From positions 1 through 28,268 of the forward strand of contig CAYWHQ010000001.1 in assembly GCA_964457665.1 (NCBI GenBank): 28,268 nucleotides of DNA, written 5' to 3'. Positions 7,722 to 17,790 of the stretch are shown one piece after another; the stretch's first letter is position 1; each line of letters opens with the position of its first letter. Source of the DNA: an uncultured Prolixibacteraceae bacterium (GTDB lineage Bacteria > Bacteroidota > Bacteroidia > Bacteroidales > FEN-979). A model generated the notes under the pieces. It searched no databases and had not been told where the DNA came from. It was given only the letters and a program-made list of their open reading frames with translations. Both the position numbers and the translations under genes were made by a program.

Positions 7722-9323
7722 ATGGCCGGATATAAAGAGACACCGAGGCAAAAGATGATCGGGATGATGTACCTGGTTCTTACGGCGCTCCTGGCACTCA
7801 ACGTCTCCAAACAGATCCTCGATGCTTTTGTGGTGGTGAATGAAAGTACCGAAACCACCAATGAGAATTTCTCCAAGAAAATCGACAACACATACGATAA
7901 ATTCAAAATTCAGCATCAGCTCAACCAAACAAAGGTAGAACCGTACTGGATTAAGGCACAAAAGGCTCAGTACCTGTCCAACCGGATGACACGGTACATT
8001 GATAGTATCAAGGCCATTGTCATTATGAAAACGGAAAGACTGGATAACCTTGACTCTGCCTGGAACCTGAGCCTTTCGAAAGTGAACAGAAAGGACAATT
8101 ATGATGTCCCGACATCTTATTTTATAGGCAGTTCCAGCGACGGAAGCTCCGGCCCTGCTCACGAACTCAAACTGGCCATTGAGCAGTACAAAAAGGATAT
8201 GCTCGTTCTTGTCGATCCCCAGTACAGAAGCGGAATAAAGATGGGACTCGATACCGAGGGCCCCTTCTACGATGCAAGCGGAAACAAGCAGAACTGGGAG
8301 ATGCATAATTTTTACCATACCATCCTGGCTGCCTGTGTCACAATACTGAATCAGTTGAAAGCAGATGTCTTTAACGCCGAATTCGATGTGGTCAACCACC
8401 TGTTTGCCACCATTACCGCCGAAGACTGGAAATTCGACGAGATTCAGGCCAAGGTAATACCCAAAAGCAGTTATATCTTTCTCGGAGAAGAGTATCAGGC
8501 TGAAATTCTTGTTGCGGCATACGACACAAAATCAAATCCTGACGTAAGATATATTCTGGGTTCCGATACCATGACGCCGGGAAATTTCAGAAATGGTACC
8601 CAGCTGGAGGGAAAGGATGGCGTGGTGAATATCAAGCTCTCCGGGAGTTCAGAAGGTCTTAAGAAATATGCCGGGATTATCAGAATTGTCAGCCCGCTCG
8701 GGGATACCATGACATTTCATTTTCATGACGAGTATATCGTTGCAAAACCAGCTTTGACAATTTCGCCAACTAAAATGAATGTATTCTATATTGGAATTGA
8801 CAACCCGGTCTCAATCACTGTCCCCGGCGGACCTGAGAGGATCGTTCCTGTTATCTCTGCCGGCAAAATCCGCCAGGAAGGGAAGGACTGGATCGTATAT
8901 GATCTTCCCAAAGGTTCAAAAGAAGCCATTATCACAGTAAGCGCCGTGTTTTCGGGGAAATCAAAGAATATGGGAGCATTCCCGTTCCGTCTGAAAAACA
9001 TTCCAAATCCGATTGCCAGAATTGCCGGTAAAAGCGACGGCGTGGTTTCAAAAAGCCTTGTGGAGGCCAGTCCCTATATCATACCCGAAATGCCACCGGG
9101 ATTTGACTTTGACATTAAATTTACCGTTACCTCCTTTACATTCGTAACGGATATACTGGGGGATATTTTTCAGACCAAAGTTCAGGGGAACAGGCTTACA
9201 CCTGAGATTGTCAAAATGATCAACGGAGCCAGAAAAAACAAACGAATCTGGATTGAGGATATCGTGGCAAAAGGTCCTGCAGGAGAACAGTCTGCGCCAA
9301 CAATATCTTTGAAAATCAATTAA
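7722..9323 (+). CDS. gldM: T9SS/gliding motor rotor GldM/PorM
   Basis: N-terminal TPRQKMIGMMYLVLTALLALNVS (R9 and Y17 positions conserved), AEILVAAYD, KMNVFYIGIDNPVSITVPG and a C-terminal IWIEDI.A.GP domain. Confidence 0.96.
   Translation: MAGYKETPRQKMIGMMYLVLTALLALNVSKQILDAFVVVNESTETTNENFSKKIDNTYDKFKIQHQLNQTKVEPYWIKAQKAQYLSNRMTRYIDSIKAIVIMKTERLDNLDSAWNLSLSKVNRKDNYDVPTSYFIGSSSDGSSGPAHELKLAIEQYKKDMLVLVDPQYRSGIKMGLDTEGPFYDASGNKQNWEMHNFYHTILAACVTILNQLKADVFNAEFDVVNHLFATITAEDWKFDEIQAKVIPKSSYIFLGEEYQAEILVAAYDTKSNPDVRYILGSDTMTPGNFRNGTQLEGKDGVVNIKLSGSSEGLKKYAGIIRIVSPLGDTMTFHFHDEYIVAKPALTISPTKMNVFYIGIDNPVSITVPGGPERIVPVISAGKIRQEGKDWIVYDLPKGSKEAIITVSAVFSGKSKNMGAFPFRLKNIPNPIARIAGKSDGVVSKSLVEASPYIIPEMPPGFDFDIKFTVTSFTFVTDILGDIFQTKVQGNRLTPEIVKMINGARKNKRIWIEDIVAKGPAGEQSAPTISLKIN
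9304..9311 (+). promoter_or_regulatory. Candidate internal -7 element for gldN-recG, inside the 3' end of gldM
   Basis: TATCTTTG is an exact TAnnTTTG match 30 nt before the gldN ATG. No clear -33 TTTG was found. Confidence 0.35.
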
Positions 9324-9341
9324 CATAACAACGGAGGAATC

Positions 9342-10196
9342 ATGAAAAAAGCACTCTTCCTGACAATCATAATGATCCTTGCCGCAGGCAGTTATGAGAA
9401 TCTGTCATCACAGGTTCTGGAAGGCCCGCCACGTGATGGCGTGTACGATAAAACTGCTGTCAACGTGATTCAGCCGATAGCCTATCCTTACCTTCGGGAA
9501 GCAGACATCATCTGGACCCGCAGGATCTGGAGAGTCGTGGATATGCGTGAGAAAATGAACCAACCGTTCTATTTTCCCGAACAACCTCAGAACGACTGGA
9601 AAAGCTTCGTTCAGATCCTTGTCGATGGTGTCAGGGAAGGTACCATAACCGCCTATTCCATCATGTCGGACCAGTTTCTTTATCCGATCACGGCAAAAGA
9701 GTTATCAGACCAGCTGGACAAACCCCAGCGTGTTACCCTCAAGCGTCCCGATAATCCTGATGAGGAGTATGATACCATCATTACCAAAAAATTCGAAGCC
9801 AGTGATGTAAAAAAGTTCAGGATCAAGGAAGACTGGTATTTCGACAAGCAGCGCTCTGTGCTGGAGGTCCGTATCCTTGGTATCTGTCCGGTTGGGGATA
9901 ACCTCGATGAGAAAGGTGAATATCGTGGCGACCAGCCTCTTTTCTGGGTATATTTTCCGGAGTGCCGCGAATTGTTTGCCAGGAATGAGATGTTCAATCT
10001 GAAAAACGGTTCTGCTGGCCGGCTGACTTACGATGATGTGTTCATGAAACGGTTATTCGCTTCCTATATTTACAAGGAGGAGAATGTGTATGACCGGAAA
10101 ATTGACGATTACGCCTTGGGAGTCGATGCACTGCTTGAAGCGGAAAAAGCCAAGAACTCCATTTTTGAGTTTGAATCAAGTCTTTGGGAATATTGA
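9342..10196 (+). CDS. gldN: T9SS/gliding ring protein GldN/PorN
   Basis: Signal peptide and motifs YLREADIIWTRRIWRVVD, IKEDWYFDKQRS..RILGICP, LFWVYFP and YDDVF.KR.F.SYIYKEEN. Confidence 0.94.
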   Translation: MKKALFLTIIMILAAGSYENLSSQVLEGPPRDGVYDKTAVNVIQPIAYPYLREADIIWTRRIWRVVDMREKMNQPFYFPEQPQNDWKSFVQILVDGVREGTITAYSIMSDQFLYPITAKELSDQLDKPQRVTLKRPDNPDEEYDTIITKKFEASDVKKFRIKEDWYFDKQRSVLEVRILGICPVGDNLDEKGEYRGDQPLFWVYFPECRELFARNEMFNLKNGSAGRLTYDDVFMKRLFASYIYKEENVYDRKIDDYALGVDALLEAEKAKNSIFEFESSLWEY

Positions 10197-10217
10197 TCCT
10201 TACTTGGTTCATCGAGT

Positions 10218-12335
10218 GTGACCATAGCAGGGAAAGACAGTTTTCTGAATACTCCTGTTGAATTTTTAAAAGGGGTAGGACCCGGAAGGGCCTCGGCATT
10301 GAAAAAAGAGTTGCAGATCTCCACTTTTGGTGATCTGCTTCTTTTTTTTCCTTTCCGGTATGTGGACAGAACAAGGTTTTATACGATTTCGGAAATATCC
10401 GACGACCATACATGGGTTCAGATACGCGGGAGATTGTTGGAGGTCCAGATTACAGGCTCGCTGCAGTCACGGAGGCTCCGGGCCCTGCTAGGGGATGATT
10501 CGGGAACCATTGAGCTGGTCTGGTTCAAAGGGTTGCAATGGATTTCCGATAAACTGGAAAAAGGGCAGGAGTGGATCGTTTTCGGGAAGCCTGTCCTGTT
10601 CAAGGGGAAATGGAATATCCCACATCCGGAACTTGAAATTCCCAGGACTGATCCGTTACCCATCTCTGAAACCATCCGGCCCATCTATTCCTCTACAGAT
10701 ACCTCCAAATCGAAAGGATTGGATTCAAAAGGTATTGCAAGACTGGTGAAGACCCTCTTGCTGCATGACCACTTTTATGTCCCGGAATCGCTTCCGGAAA
10801 AGCTGATAGAGGACCTTCGCCTGATTTCCCGCCAGGATGCATTCCGGCAGATTCATTTTCCCGGAGATCCCGCAGCACTTCAAAAAGCTCAGTCAAGACT
10901 CCGGTTTGAGGAGTTATTCTTCATCCAGCTCAGGCTGATCCATCAACGACATACCAGACTTACTACCAGAGAGGGATTTATATTCTCCAGGGTCGGGGAG
11001 CATCTGAACTCATTCTACCATCACCATTTGACATTTCCATTGACCGGGGCACAGAAAAGGGTAATCCGTGAGATCAGGGGCGACCTTGGTTCAGGGCATC
11101 AGATGAACCGGCTCCTTCAGGGTGATGTGGGCAGCGGAAAAACGATGGTTGCCCTGATGGTGATGCTGATCGCTCTTGATAACGGATACCAGACCTGTTT
11201 GATGGCCCCCACCGAAATTCTTGCCCGCCAGCATTTCAGCAATATCTCACGGATGCTTCAGGGGATGAATGTGACGGTGCATCTGCTTACCGGATCGACC
11301 TCGAAAACCGAACGGGGAAGGATCGACCATGATCTCAGGGAGGGATCGGTAAATATTTTGATTGGCACTCACGCTTTGATCGAGGAGGAGGTAAAGTTCA
11401 GGAATCTGGGGCTTGTAGTGATTGATGAACAACATCGGTTCGGAGTGGTTCAAAGGGCTGCCTTATGGCAGAAAAGTTCTCGTACTCCTCATATACTGGT
11501 CATGACAGCCACACCGATACCACGAACATTGGCCATGACATTTTACGGGGATCTTGAAACCTCGGTGATCGATGAAATGCCGCCGGGACGAAAACCGGTG
11601 GTGACCAGGCACGCCCGGGAGTCAAACCGGCTGCAGGTCATAAGTTTTATCAGGAAAAAGATCAGGGAGGGGACACAGGTTTATATCGTATATCCGCTGA
11701 TTAAGGAGTCGGAAACACTCGATCTGAAAAACCTCACGGAAGGCTTTCGGGCAATTCGGCTGGAGTTTCCCGAACCTCAGTATAACGTTTGCATGGTTCA
11801 CGGAAGGATGAAGCAACAGGAGAAAGAAGCCGCTATGAGCAGCTTCTTACAGGGGACATCCCATATTATGGTTGCGACTACGGTCATTGAAGTAGGGGTG
11901 GATGTTCCTAATGCATCCCTGATGATCGTGGAAAATGCTGAAAGGTTCGGGCTAGCCCAGCTCCACCAGCTCAGGGGAAGGGTCGGCAGAGGGGCGGCAC
12001 AATCCTGGTGTATCCTAATGACTTCCAATGAATTATCGGCCGATGCCATGAAACGGATATCGGCCATGGTCAAAACTACCGATGGTTTTGAAATTGCTGA
12101 AATGGATCTCAGGCTAAGGGGTCCGGGTGATCTTCAGGGTACACAGCAGAGTGGAATTCTGAATCTGAAAATTGCCGATATCGTCCGGGACGAGAAACTG
12201 CTCAAATTTGCACGTAATGTTGCGTCAGAGATCATTACCGAAGATCCTTCCCTTTCGCTTGAGAAAAACAGACCTTTGGCCGATCACCTTAATCACATCA
12301 GGGATTCGGGTCAGAATTGGGGGTTGATCTCTTAG
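10218..12335 (+). CDS. recG: ATP-dependent DNA helicase RecG
   Basis: LKGVGP and wedge domain, MNRLLQGDVGSGKT, DEQHRFGV, MTATPIPRT, ATTVIEVGVDVPNA, QLHQLRGRVGRG and DLRLRGPGD. GTG start. Confidence 0.98.
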   Translation: MTIAGKDSFLNTPVEFLKGVGPGRASALKKELQISTFGDLLLFFPFRYVDRTRFYTISEISDDHTWVQIRGRLLEVQITGSLQSRRLRALLGDDSGTIELVWFKGLQWISDKLEKGQEWIVFGKPVLFKGKWNIPHPELEIPRTDPLPISETIRPIYSSTDTSKSKGLDSKGIARLVKTLLLHDHFYVPESLPEKLIEDLRLISRQDAFRQIHFPGDPAALQKAQSRLRFEELFFIQLRLIHQRHTRLTTREGFIFSRVGEHLNSFYHHHLTFPLTGAQKRVIREIRGDLGSGHQMNRLLQGDVGSGKTMVALMVMLIALDNGYQTCLMAPTEILARQHFSNISRMLQGMNVTVHLLTGSTSKTERGRIDHDLREGSVNILIGTHALIEEEVKFRNLGLVVIDEQHRFGVVQRAALWQKSSRTPHILVMTATPIPRTLAMTFYGDLETSVIDEMPPGRKPVVTRHARESNRLQVISFIRKKIREGTQVYIVYPLIKESETLDLKNLTEGFRAIRLEFPEPQYNVCMVHGRMKQQEKEAAMSSFLQGTSHIMVATTVIEVGVDVPNASLMIVENAERFGLAQLHQLRGRVGRGAAQSWCILMTSNELSADAMKRISAMVKTTDGFEIAEMDLRLRGPGDLQGTQQSGILNLKIADIVRDEKLLKFARNVASEIITEDPSLSLEKNRPLADHLNHIRDSGQNWGLIS

Positions 12336-12354
12336 TTATGTACCGGATTATTAC

Positions 12355-12362
12355 TACTTTTG
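12355..12362 (+). promoter_or_regulatory. -7 promoter element for pheT
   Basis: TACTTTTG, an exact TAnnTTTG match 22 nt upstream of the ATG. Confidence 0.7.
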
Positions 12363-12384
12363 TTCACCTCAATCCAGAGGATCA

Positions 12385-14853
12385 ATGAAAATTTCCTATC
12401 GCTGGCTGATGAACTATACTGCCCTGGAGATCGGGGCCGACCGCATTGCGGAAATGCTTACCGGATGCGGCCTGGAAGTGGAAAGTACTGAAACCTACCG
12501 AAACATAGGAGGAGGCCTTGATCAGGTTGTAATCGGAGAAGTGGTGGAATGTTTTCCGCATCCGGATTCCGATCATCTGAAAATTACACGGGTTAATACT
12601 GGTCAACCGGAACTACTCCAGGTGGTCTGCGGGGCATCGAATGTTGCCAGCGGCCAGAAGGTTGTGGTTGCCATGCCAGGCGCCAGACTCTTCTCCGGAG
12701 ACAAGGAGATCATCATAGGGAAGACCAGGATCAGGGGGGAATTTTCTGAGGGCATGATATGCGCCGAGGATGAGCTGGGCATCAGCGACGACCATTCCGG
12801 AATCATGGTTCTTTCACCTGACGCAGTACCGGGAACTTCGGCAAAAGAGTATTTTGATGTATTTGAAGATATTGTCTTCACTATTGGACTGACGCCCAAC
12901 AGAACCGATGCTACTTCCCATACAGGCGTTGCCCGCGATCTGATTGCCGTGTTCAACAATGCCGGAAAGGATAAATTTTCAGAAGTGAACGATATCCGGC
13001 TGATCATGCCGGACATCAGCACATTTCGTGAAGGCATGGGTGCTTTCGCGACAAGGGTGGTGGTTGAAGATACCATCGCCTGCATAAGATACAGTGGATT
13101 GAATATTACCGGAATTACCGTTACTGAATCCCCCGGGTGGCTGAAGAATTTTCTCCAGGCCGTCGGCATCAGGCCGATTAACAATGTTGTGGATGTCACC
13201 AATTTCATCCTGATGGAATTAGGCCAGCCACTTCATGCTTTTAATACCGACAAAATTGCGGGGAATACTGTAGTGGTCAGGAAAAGTAAAGAGGGTGCCA
13301 GATTTCTTACCCTCGACGGGATTGAAAGAATCCTCTCAGCTGAGGATCTGATGATATGCGATGCGGAGAATCCCATGTGTATCGGAGGCGTTTTCGGAGG
13401 TTGGGCGTCAGGAGTTACCGTGGAAACGAAAAACATCTTTCTGGAGAGCGCTTGTTTCGATCCGCTGCATATCCGCAAAACATCCCGCAGGCATGCCCTC
13501 CAGACCGACGCATCATTCCGTTTTGAAAGGGGAACAGATCCGGAAATGACAATCTTTGCGCTGAAAAGAGCAGCGCTTCTTATCACCATGATTGCAGGGG
13601 GAAGTGTTTCGTCACGGATCACAGATATTTACCCGGTTCCTTTCAAACCGGCCCGGGTGAGGTTATCGTATGATTTCCTCGACAGGATTGCCGGCAAAAT
13701 CCTCGACAGGGAGGTGACCGGAAATATCCTGAAGGATCTTGGTATCGGTATTGAACCATCGGAGAATGGATTGATGGCGAGCGTTCCCGGTTTCAAGGTG
13801 GATGTGAACAGGGAAGCCGACCTGGCAGAAGAGATCCTGAGAATCTATGGATATAATAATATCGGCATACCTGAAGAGGTGCATGCCTCTCTATCCTGGT
13901 CCACATTTCCAGATCGATGGAAACTTCGTTCGATTGTTTCGGAGGTGCTTTGTTCTCAGGGTTTTACCGAAATAATGAACAACTCCCTGACAAGGTCATC
14001 CTATTATGAATCCGGTCAATCCTTTCCCAGGGAGGGGTGCGTAATGATTATGAACCCGCTCAGCAGGGAACTGGATGCCATGCGTCAGACTTTGCTTTTC
14101 GGAGGACTGGAGTCCATAACATATAACCGGAACAGGAAAGTCACGGATCTGAAGTTTTTTGAATTCGGTTCGGTATACATCCGGACAGAAACCCAAAACG
14201 ACACCCCGGTGGAGGGAATTCTGGAGAAAGAGGAACTGGCGGTTTTTTTAACGGGTAGAAAAGAGCCTGATAACTGGAATTCTGCCGGAGGCATGGTCGA
14301 CCATTACGATATAAAAGGAATAGTTACTGCCCTTTTCTGCAGGCTTGGACTGGATCCCGATGGTTTTTCACTACATCCTTTTTCCAGTGATGAGCTTACG
14401 GATGGTACAGAATGGAGGTGGCAGGGAAAACGGGTCGGTGTGACGGGAGAGGTCCGACAGCCGGTATTGAAAGTGACCGATTGTAAGGCAGCGGTTTTTT
14501 ATGCCTGTCTCGACTGGACTGACATACTGAAGATACTTCCGGAAGATGCTACCAGGTTCAGGGAGTTGCCAAAGTATCCGGAAGTACGACGGGATCTTGC
14601 CTTGCTGCTGGATCAGAGCGTAACGTTCGAAACCCTGAAGGAACTTGCCTACCGGAATGGGAAATCCTTGCTGCGGCAGGTCATTCTCTTTGATGTGTAT
14701 GAAGGAGAAAAGATTGAAGCAGGGAAGAAGTCCTATGCGATTGGCTTTATTCTGAGAGATGACAGCATGACACTCACCGACCAGGTAATCGATGGTGTGA
14801 TGGCGCAGATAGTCAAAGCATACACGGAGATATTGCACGCCCAGATAAGATAA
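12385..14853 (+). CDS. pheT: Phenylalanyl-tRNA synthetase beta subunit
   Basis: MKISYRWL, an OB-fold (HPDSDHL...VVCGASNV), TPNR.D..SH.GVARD, RPINNVVDVTNF...GQPLHAF, SFRFERG, READLAEEILRIYGYNNI and an FDX-ACB end (KYPEVRRDLAL). Confidence 0.98.
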   Translation: MKISYRWLMNYTALEIGADRIAEMLTGCGLEVESTETYRNIGGGLDQVVIGEVVECFPHPDSDHLKITRVNTGQPELLQVVCGASNVASGQKVVVAMPGARLFSGDKEIIIGKTRIRGEFSEGMICAEDELGISDDHSGIMVLSPDAVPGTSAKEYFDVFEDIVFTIGLTPNRTDATSHTGVARDLIAVFNNAGKDKFSEVNDIRLIMPDISTFREGMGAFATRVVVEDTIACIRYSGLNITGITVTESPGWLKNFLQAVGIRPINNVVDVTNFILMELGQPLHAFNTDKIAGNTVVVRKSKEGARFLTLDGIERILSAEDLMICDAENPMCIGGVFGGWASGVTVETKNIFLESACFDPLHIRKTSRRHALQTDASFRFERGTDPEMTIFALKRAALLITMIAGGSVSSRITDIYPVPFKPARVRLSYDFLDRIAGKILDREVTGNILKDLGIGIEPSENGLMASVPGFKVDVNREADLAEEILRIYGYNNIGIPEEVHASLSWSTFPDRWKLRSIVSEVLCSQGFTEIMNNSLTRSSYYESGQSFPREGCVMIMNPLSRELDAMRQTLLFGGLESITYNRNRKVTDLKFFEFGSVYIRTETQNDTPVEGILEKEELAVFLTGRKEPDNWNSAGGMVDHYDIKGIVTALFCRLGLDPDGFSLHPFSSDELTDGTEWRWQGKRVGVTGEVRQPVLKVTDCKAAVFYACLDWTDILKILPEDATRFRELPKYPEVRRDLALLLDQSVTFETLKELAYRNGKSLLRQVILFDVYEGEKIEAGKKSYAIGFILRDDSMTLTDQVIDGVMAQIVKAYTEILHAQIR

Positions 14854-14868
14854 TCCAATATTTACATT

Positions 14869-16527
14869 ATGACAGCAAATAATCAGGAACTCAGGTATTC
14901 TATCAGTCCGGCAGGGGAGAAGTACCCGTTGCCTCAGCAAATGGATTACGACAAAGAGATCAAACGAATTGAAAAACTGGTAACCCAGGCCAAAAAGCAG
15001 AACAAGGAGATTGTGGTTGTCATGGGCCTGGGTTTTGTTGGTGCCGTCATGGCAGCCATTGTAGCCGACACACGGGATAAGAAAGGCAGAAATACGAAAC
15101 TTGTGATTGGATGTCAGCGGCCCAGCACCCGCAGTTACTGGAAGATTCCCATGATCAATAACGGTGTTTCACCGGTTAAAGCTGAAGATCCCGAGGTAGA
15201 CATACTGATTGAAAGATGTGTGCTCCAAAACAAGTCTCTCCTTGCCACTTTTCACAGTGAATGTCTACGTTTCGCCGATTGCGTGGTGGTGGATGTTCAG
15301 TGCGATTATTCAAAGAAGGAACTTGGCAATATGAAGAATGGCGAGGCTGATATGGCTGCCCTGGAGGATACAATGCGGACCATCGGTGAAAAAATCCCGC
15401 CGGAATGCCTGGTGCTGATCGAAACCACGGTAGCGCCGGGAACAACAGAGTTTGTAGCATGGCCGATACTGAAGAAGGAGTTCCAGAAAAGAAAGATCAG
15501 TTCAGTTCCTTTGCTGGCTCACAGTTTTGAACGCGTCATGCCGGGTAAGGATTATGTGGCAAGCATTCGTGATTTCTGGAGGGTTTGTTCCGGTTGTGAA
15601 GAAAATGCACGCAGGAGGGTAGAAAAGTTCCTGCATGAGGTGCTGAATACCAAAGATTTTCCTTTGACTGTTATGGACAGGCCTATTGAATCGGAAACCA
15701 CCAAGATCGTTGAAAACTCATACAGGGCGACCATTCTTGCGTTCCTGAATGAATGGAGTCTTTTTGCTGAAAGAAACGGTGTTGACCTTATCAAGGTCAT
15801 TCAGGCCATCAAAATGCGTCCGACCCATAATAATATGATTTTTCCGGGCCCCGGGATCGGAGGTTACTGTTTACCAAAGGACGGAGGACTTGGGTTCTGG
15901 GCATATAAACACATTCTGGGTTTTGAGGATGGCGAAAAGATTTTCCGGATTACCCCTGCTGCCATTGACATCAATGATACCCGGGGATTGCATGTGGCAG
16001 AACTCACGCGCGACGCGCTGAGGAATATGGGACGATACATAGCAGGTGCACAGGTCCTGTTATGCGGAGCAAGTTACCGGCAGGATGTGGGAGATACGAG
16101 ATACAGCGGAAGCGAGATGGTTGTGCGGAAGCTTACCGAGATGAGCGCAGAGATACGTATCCATGATCCTTATGTGGATCACTGGTATGAATTGGAGGAA
16201 CAGGATGTTTATCCGGCTCCGGGACATAGCTGGAAACGGTTTTTCCGGAACCAGGAGGGACTTAGGAACACGCTGGTTCACAAGGATCTGAAAAAAGCCA
16301 TCCGGGGAGTGGAGGCATTGATTCTGGCGGTTCCGCACGCTCAGTATCTGGGACTCGACCCGGATACGATAGTTAAATGGGCAGGTGGTCCTATTGCTGT
16401 AATTGATGCTTTTGGTATTCTTGACGATAAAAGGATTCGCCGTTATTTTGAACTGGGATGTGAAGTCAAAGCCCTCGGCAGGGGACATATCACACGCCTG
16501 AAACAGGAGGTAAGAAAACAAAAATAA
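14869..16527 (+). CDS. Nucleotide-sugar dehydrogenase (UDP-glucose/GDP-mannose dehydrogenase superfamily), long 552-aa form
   Basis: Rossmann GLGFVG, IETTVAPGTT, FERVMPG, TTKIVENSYR, catalytic GPGIGGYCLPKD (Cys334) and C-terminal YRQDVGDTRYS. The substrate cannot be assigned. Confidence 0.88.
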   Translation: MTANNQELRYSISPAGEKYPLPQQMDYDKEIKRIEKLVTQAKKQNKEIVVVMGLGFVGAVMAAIVADTRDKKGRNTKLVIGCQRPSTRSYWKIPMINNGVSPVKAEDPEVDILIERCVLQNKSLLATFHSECLRFADCVVVDVQCDYSKKELGNMKNGEADMAALEDTMRTIGEKIPPECLVLIETTVAPGTTEFVAWPILKKEFQKRKISSVPLLAHSFERVMPGKDYVASIRDFWRVCSGCEENARRRVEKFLHEVLNTKDFPLTVMDRPIESETTKIVENSYRATILAFLNEWSLFAERNGVDLIKVIQAIKMRPTHNNMIFPGPGIGGYCLPKDGGLGFWAYKHILGFEDGEKIFRITPAAIDINDTRGLHVAELTRDALRNMGRYIAGAQVLLCGASYRQDVGDTRYSGSEMVVRKLTEMSAEIRIHDPYVDHWYELEEQDVYPAPGHSWKRFFRNQEGLRNTLVHKDLKKAIRGVEALILAVPHAQYLGLDPDTIVKWAGGPIAVIDAFGILDDKRIRRYFELGCEVKALGRGHITRLKQEVRKQK

Positions 16528-16554
16528 TTGCTAATATTTTCGTAATTTAGGGGG

Positions 16555-17787
16555 ATGGATTTATTATCGGTCAAACAGCGCTTTGGGATCATAGGCAATT
16601 CGCCATTGCTCGACAGGGCTATTGATATTGCACGTCAGGTGGCGGCAACCGATATCACCGTTTTGATCACCGGGGAGAGTGGAACAGGAAAGGAGTTTTT
16701 TCCAAAAATCATTCATCAGCTCAGTGCCCGGAAGCATGGCCCCTATATTGCGGTAAATTGCGGTGCTATCCCGGAAGGGACGATCGACTCGGAATTATTC
16801 GGCCATGAAAAAGGATCTTTCACCGGCGCACATGAAGCCCGGAAAGGATATTTTGAAGTAGTGAATGGCGGTACCATCTTTTTGGATGAAGTGGCTGAAT
16901 TGCCGCTTGGAACACAGGTTCGCCTTCTCAGGGTACTCGAAACGGGAGAGTTTATCAGGGTTGGTTCCTCGAAAGTCCTTAAAACAAATGTCAGAGTTGT
17001 AGGAGCCACCAACGTGGATGTTCCGCAAGCAGTTGCTTCCGGAAAGTTTCGCCAGGACCTATACTACCGGCTGAATACTGTTCCGATTTTCGTACCACCG
17101 CTCAGGGAGAGGAAGGAAGACATTTATCTGCTCTTCAGGAAATTCGCCTCCGATGCCGCCGAACGCTTCAGAATGCCTTCTATTCAGCTGGACGAGAAGG
17201 CACAACAGATGCTGACAGCATACCGGTGGCCAGGGAATATCAGGCAACTTAAAAATCTGACAGAGCAGATATCAATCATTGAGAAAAATCGTTTGATCGA
17301 TGCCGATGTTCTGCTGAAGTATATGCCGCAAGCGCATTCCAGTGATCTTCCGGTACTTTATAAGGGAGATGATGCATCCAGGATCAGCGAAAGAGAGTTA
17401 CTGTATAAGGTGCTATTCGACATGAAGAAGGATATGACCGACCTTAAGCAGCTGGTCATGAACCTTCTCCGAAGTGAAGATGCCATCAGCAATGAAATGG
17501 GGGACAACATGCATCTTATCCGCCGGTTATATCAGGACTTTGAATTGACAAAAGAGCAGCCCACACCTATGGTGGTAGGTCCCGACACCTCTCTTCATGT
17601 TGCTGAACAGGAAACTTTCGAGGAGCCGGAGGAGATCACGGAATCACTTTCGCTGCTTGACCATGAGAAGGGGTTCATCCGGAAAGCACTGACGAAACAT
17701 GACGGTAAACGAAAAGATGCCGCCAGGGAACTGGGCATTTCCGAAAGGACCCTATATCGAAAGATTAAAGAGTATAATCTTGATTGA
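16555..17787 (+). CDS. Sigma54-interacting AAA+ activator (bEBP) with Fis-type HTH and no N-terminal sensor domain
   Basis: Walker [14 protein letters not shown]-like [15 protein letters not shown] loop 1, Walker B IFLDEV, R-finger FRQDLYYRL and WPGNIRQL. C-terminal [19 protein letters not shown]. The AAA domain begins about 10 residues from the start. Confidence 0.93.
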   Translation: MDLLSVKQRFGIIGNSPLLDRAIDIARQVAATDITVLITGESGTGKEFFPKIIHQLSARKHGPYIAVNCGAIPEGTIDSELFGHEKGSFTGAHEARKGYFEVVNGGTIFLDEVAELPLGTQVRLLRVLETGEFIRVGSSKVLKTNVRVVGATNVDVPQAVASGKFRQDLYYRLNTVPIFVPPLRERKEDIYLLFRKFASDAAERFRMPSIQLDEKAQQMLTAYRWPGNIRQLKNLTEQISIIEKNRLIDADVLLKYMPQAHSSDLPVLYKGDDASRISERELLYKVLFDMKKDMTDLKQLVMNLLRSEDAISNEMGDNMHLIRRLYQDFELTKEQPTPMVVGPDTSLHVAEQETFEEPEEITESLSLLDHEKGFIRKALTKHDGKRKDAARELGISERTLYRKIKEYNLD

Positions 17788-17790
17788 GCG

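Noticed and set aside
7695-8399. 234-aa antisense ORF over gldM, and similar ones at 5279-5875, 12603-13208 and 14371-14940
   Set aside because: They lie wholly opposite conserved genes, have no recognisable motifs or promoters, and are explained by the codon bias of the sense gene.
12385-14853. pheT without an adjacent pheS
   Set aside because: A split pheS/pheT arrangement is normal in Bacteroidota.
16549-16557. AGGGGG immediately before the activator ATG as an SD or frameshift stimulator
   Set aside because: There is zero spacing to the ATG, an in-frame TAA lies just upstream, and no slippery site is present.
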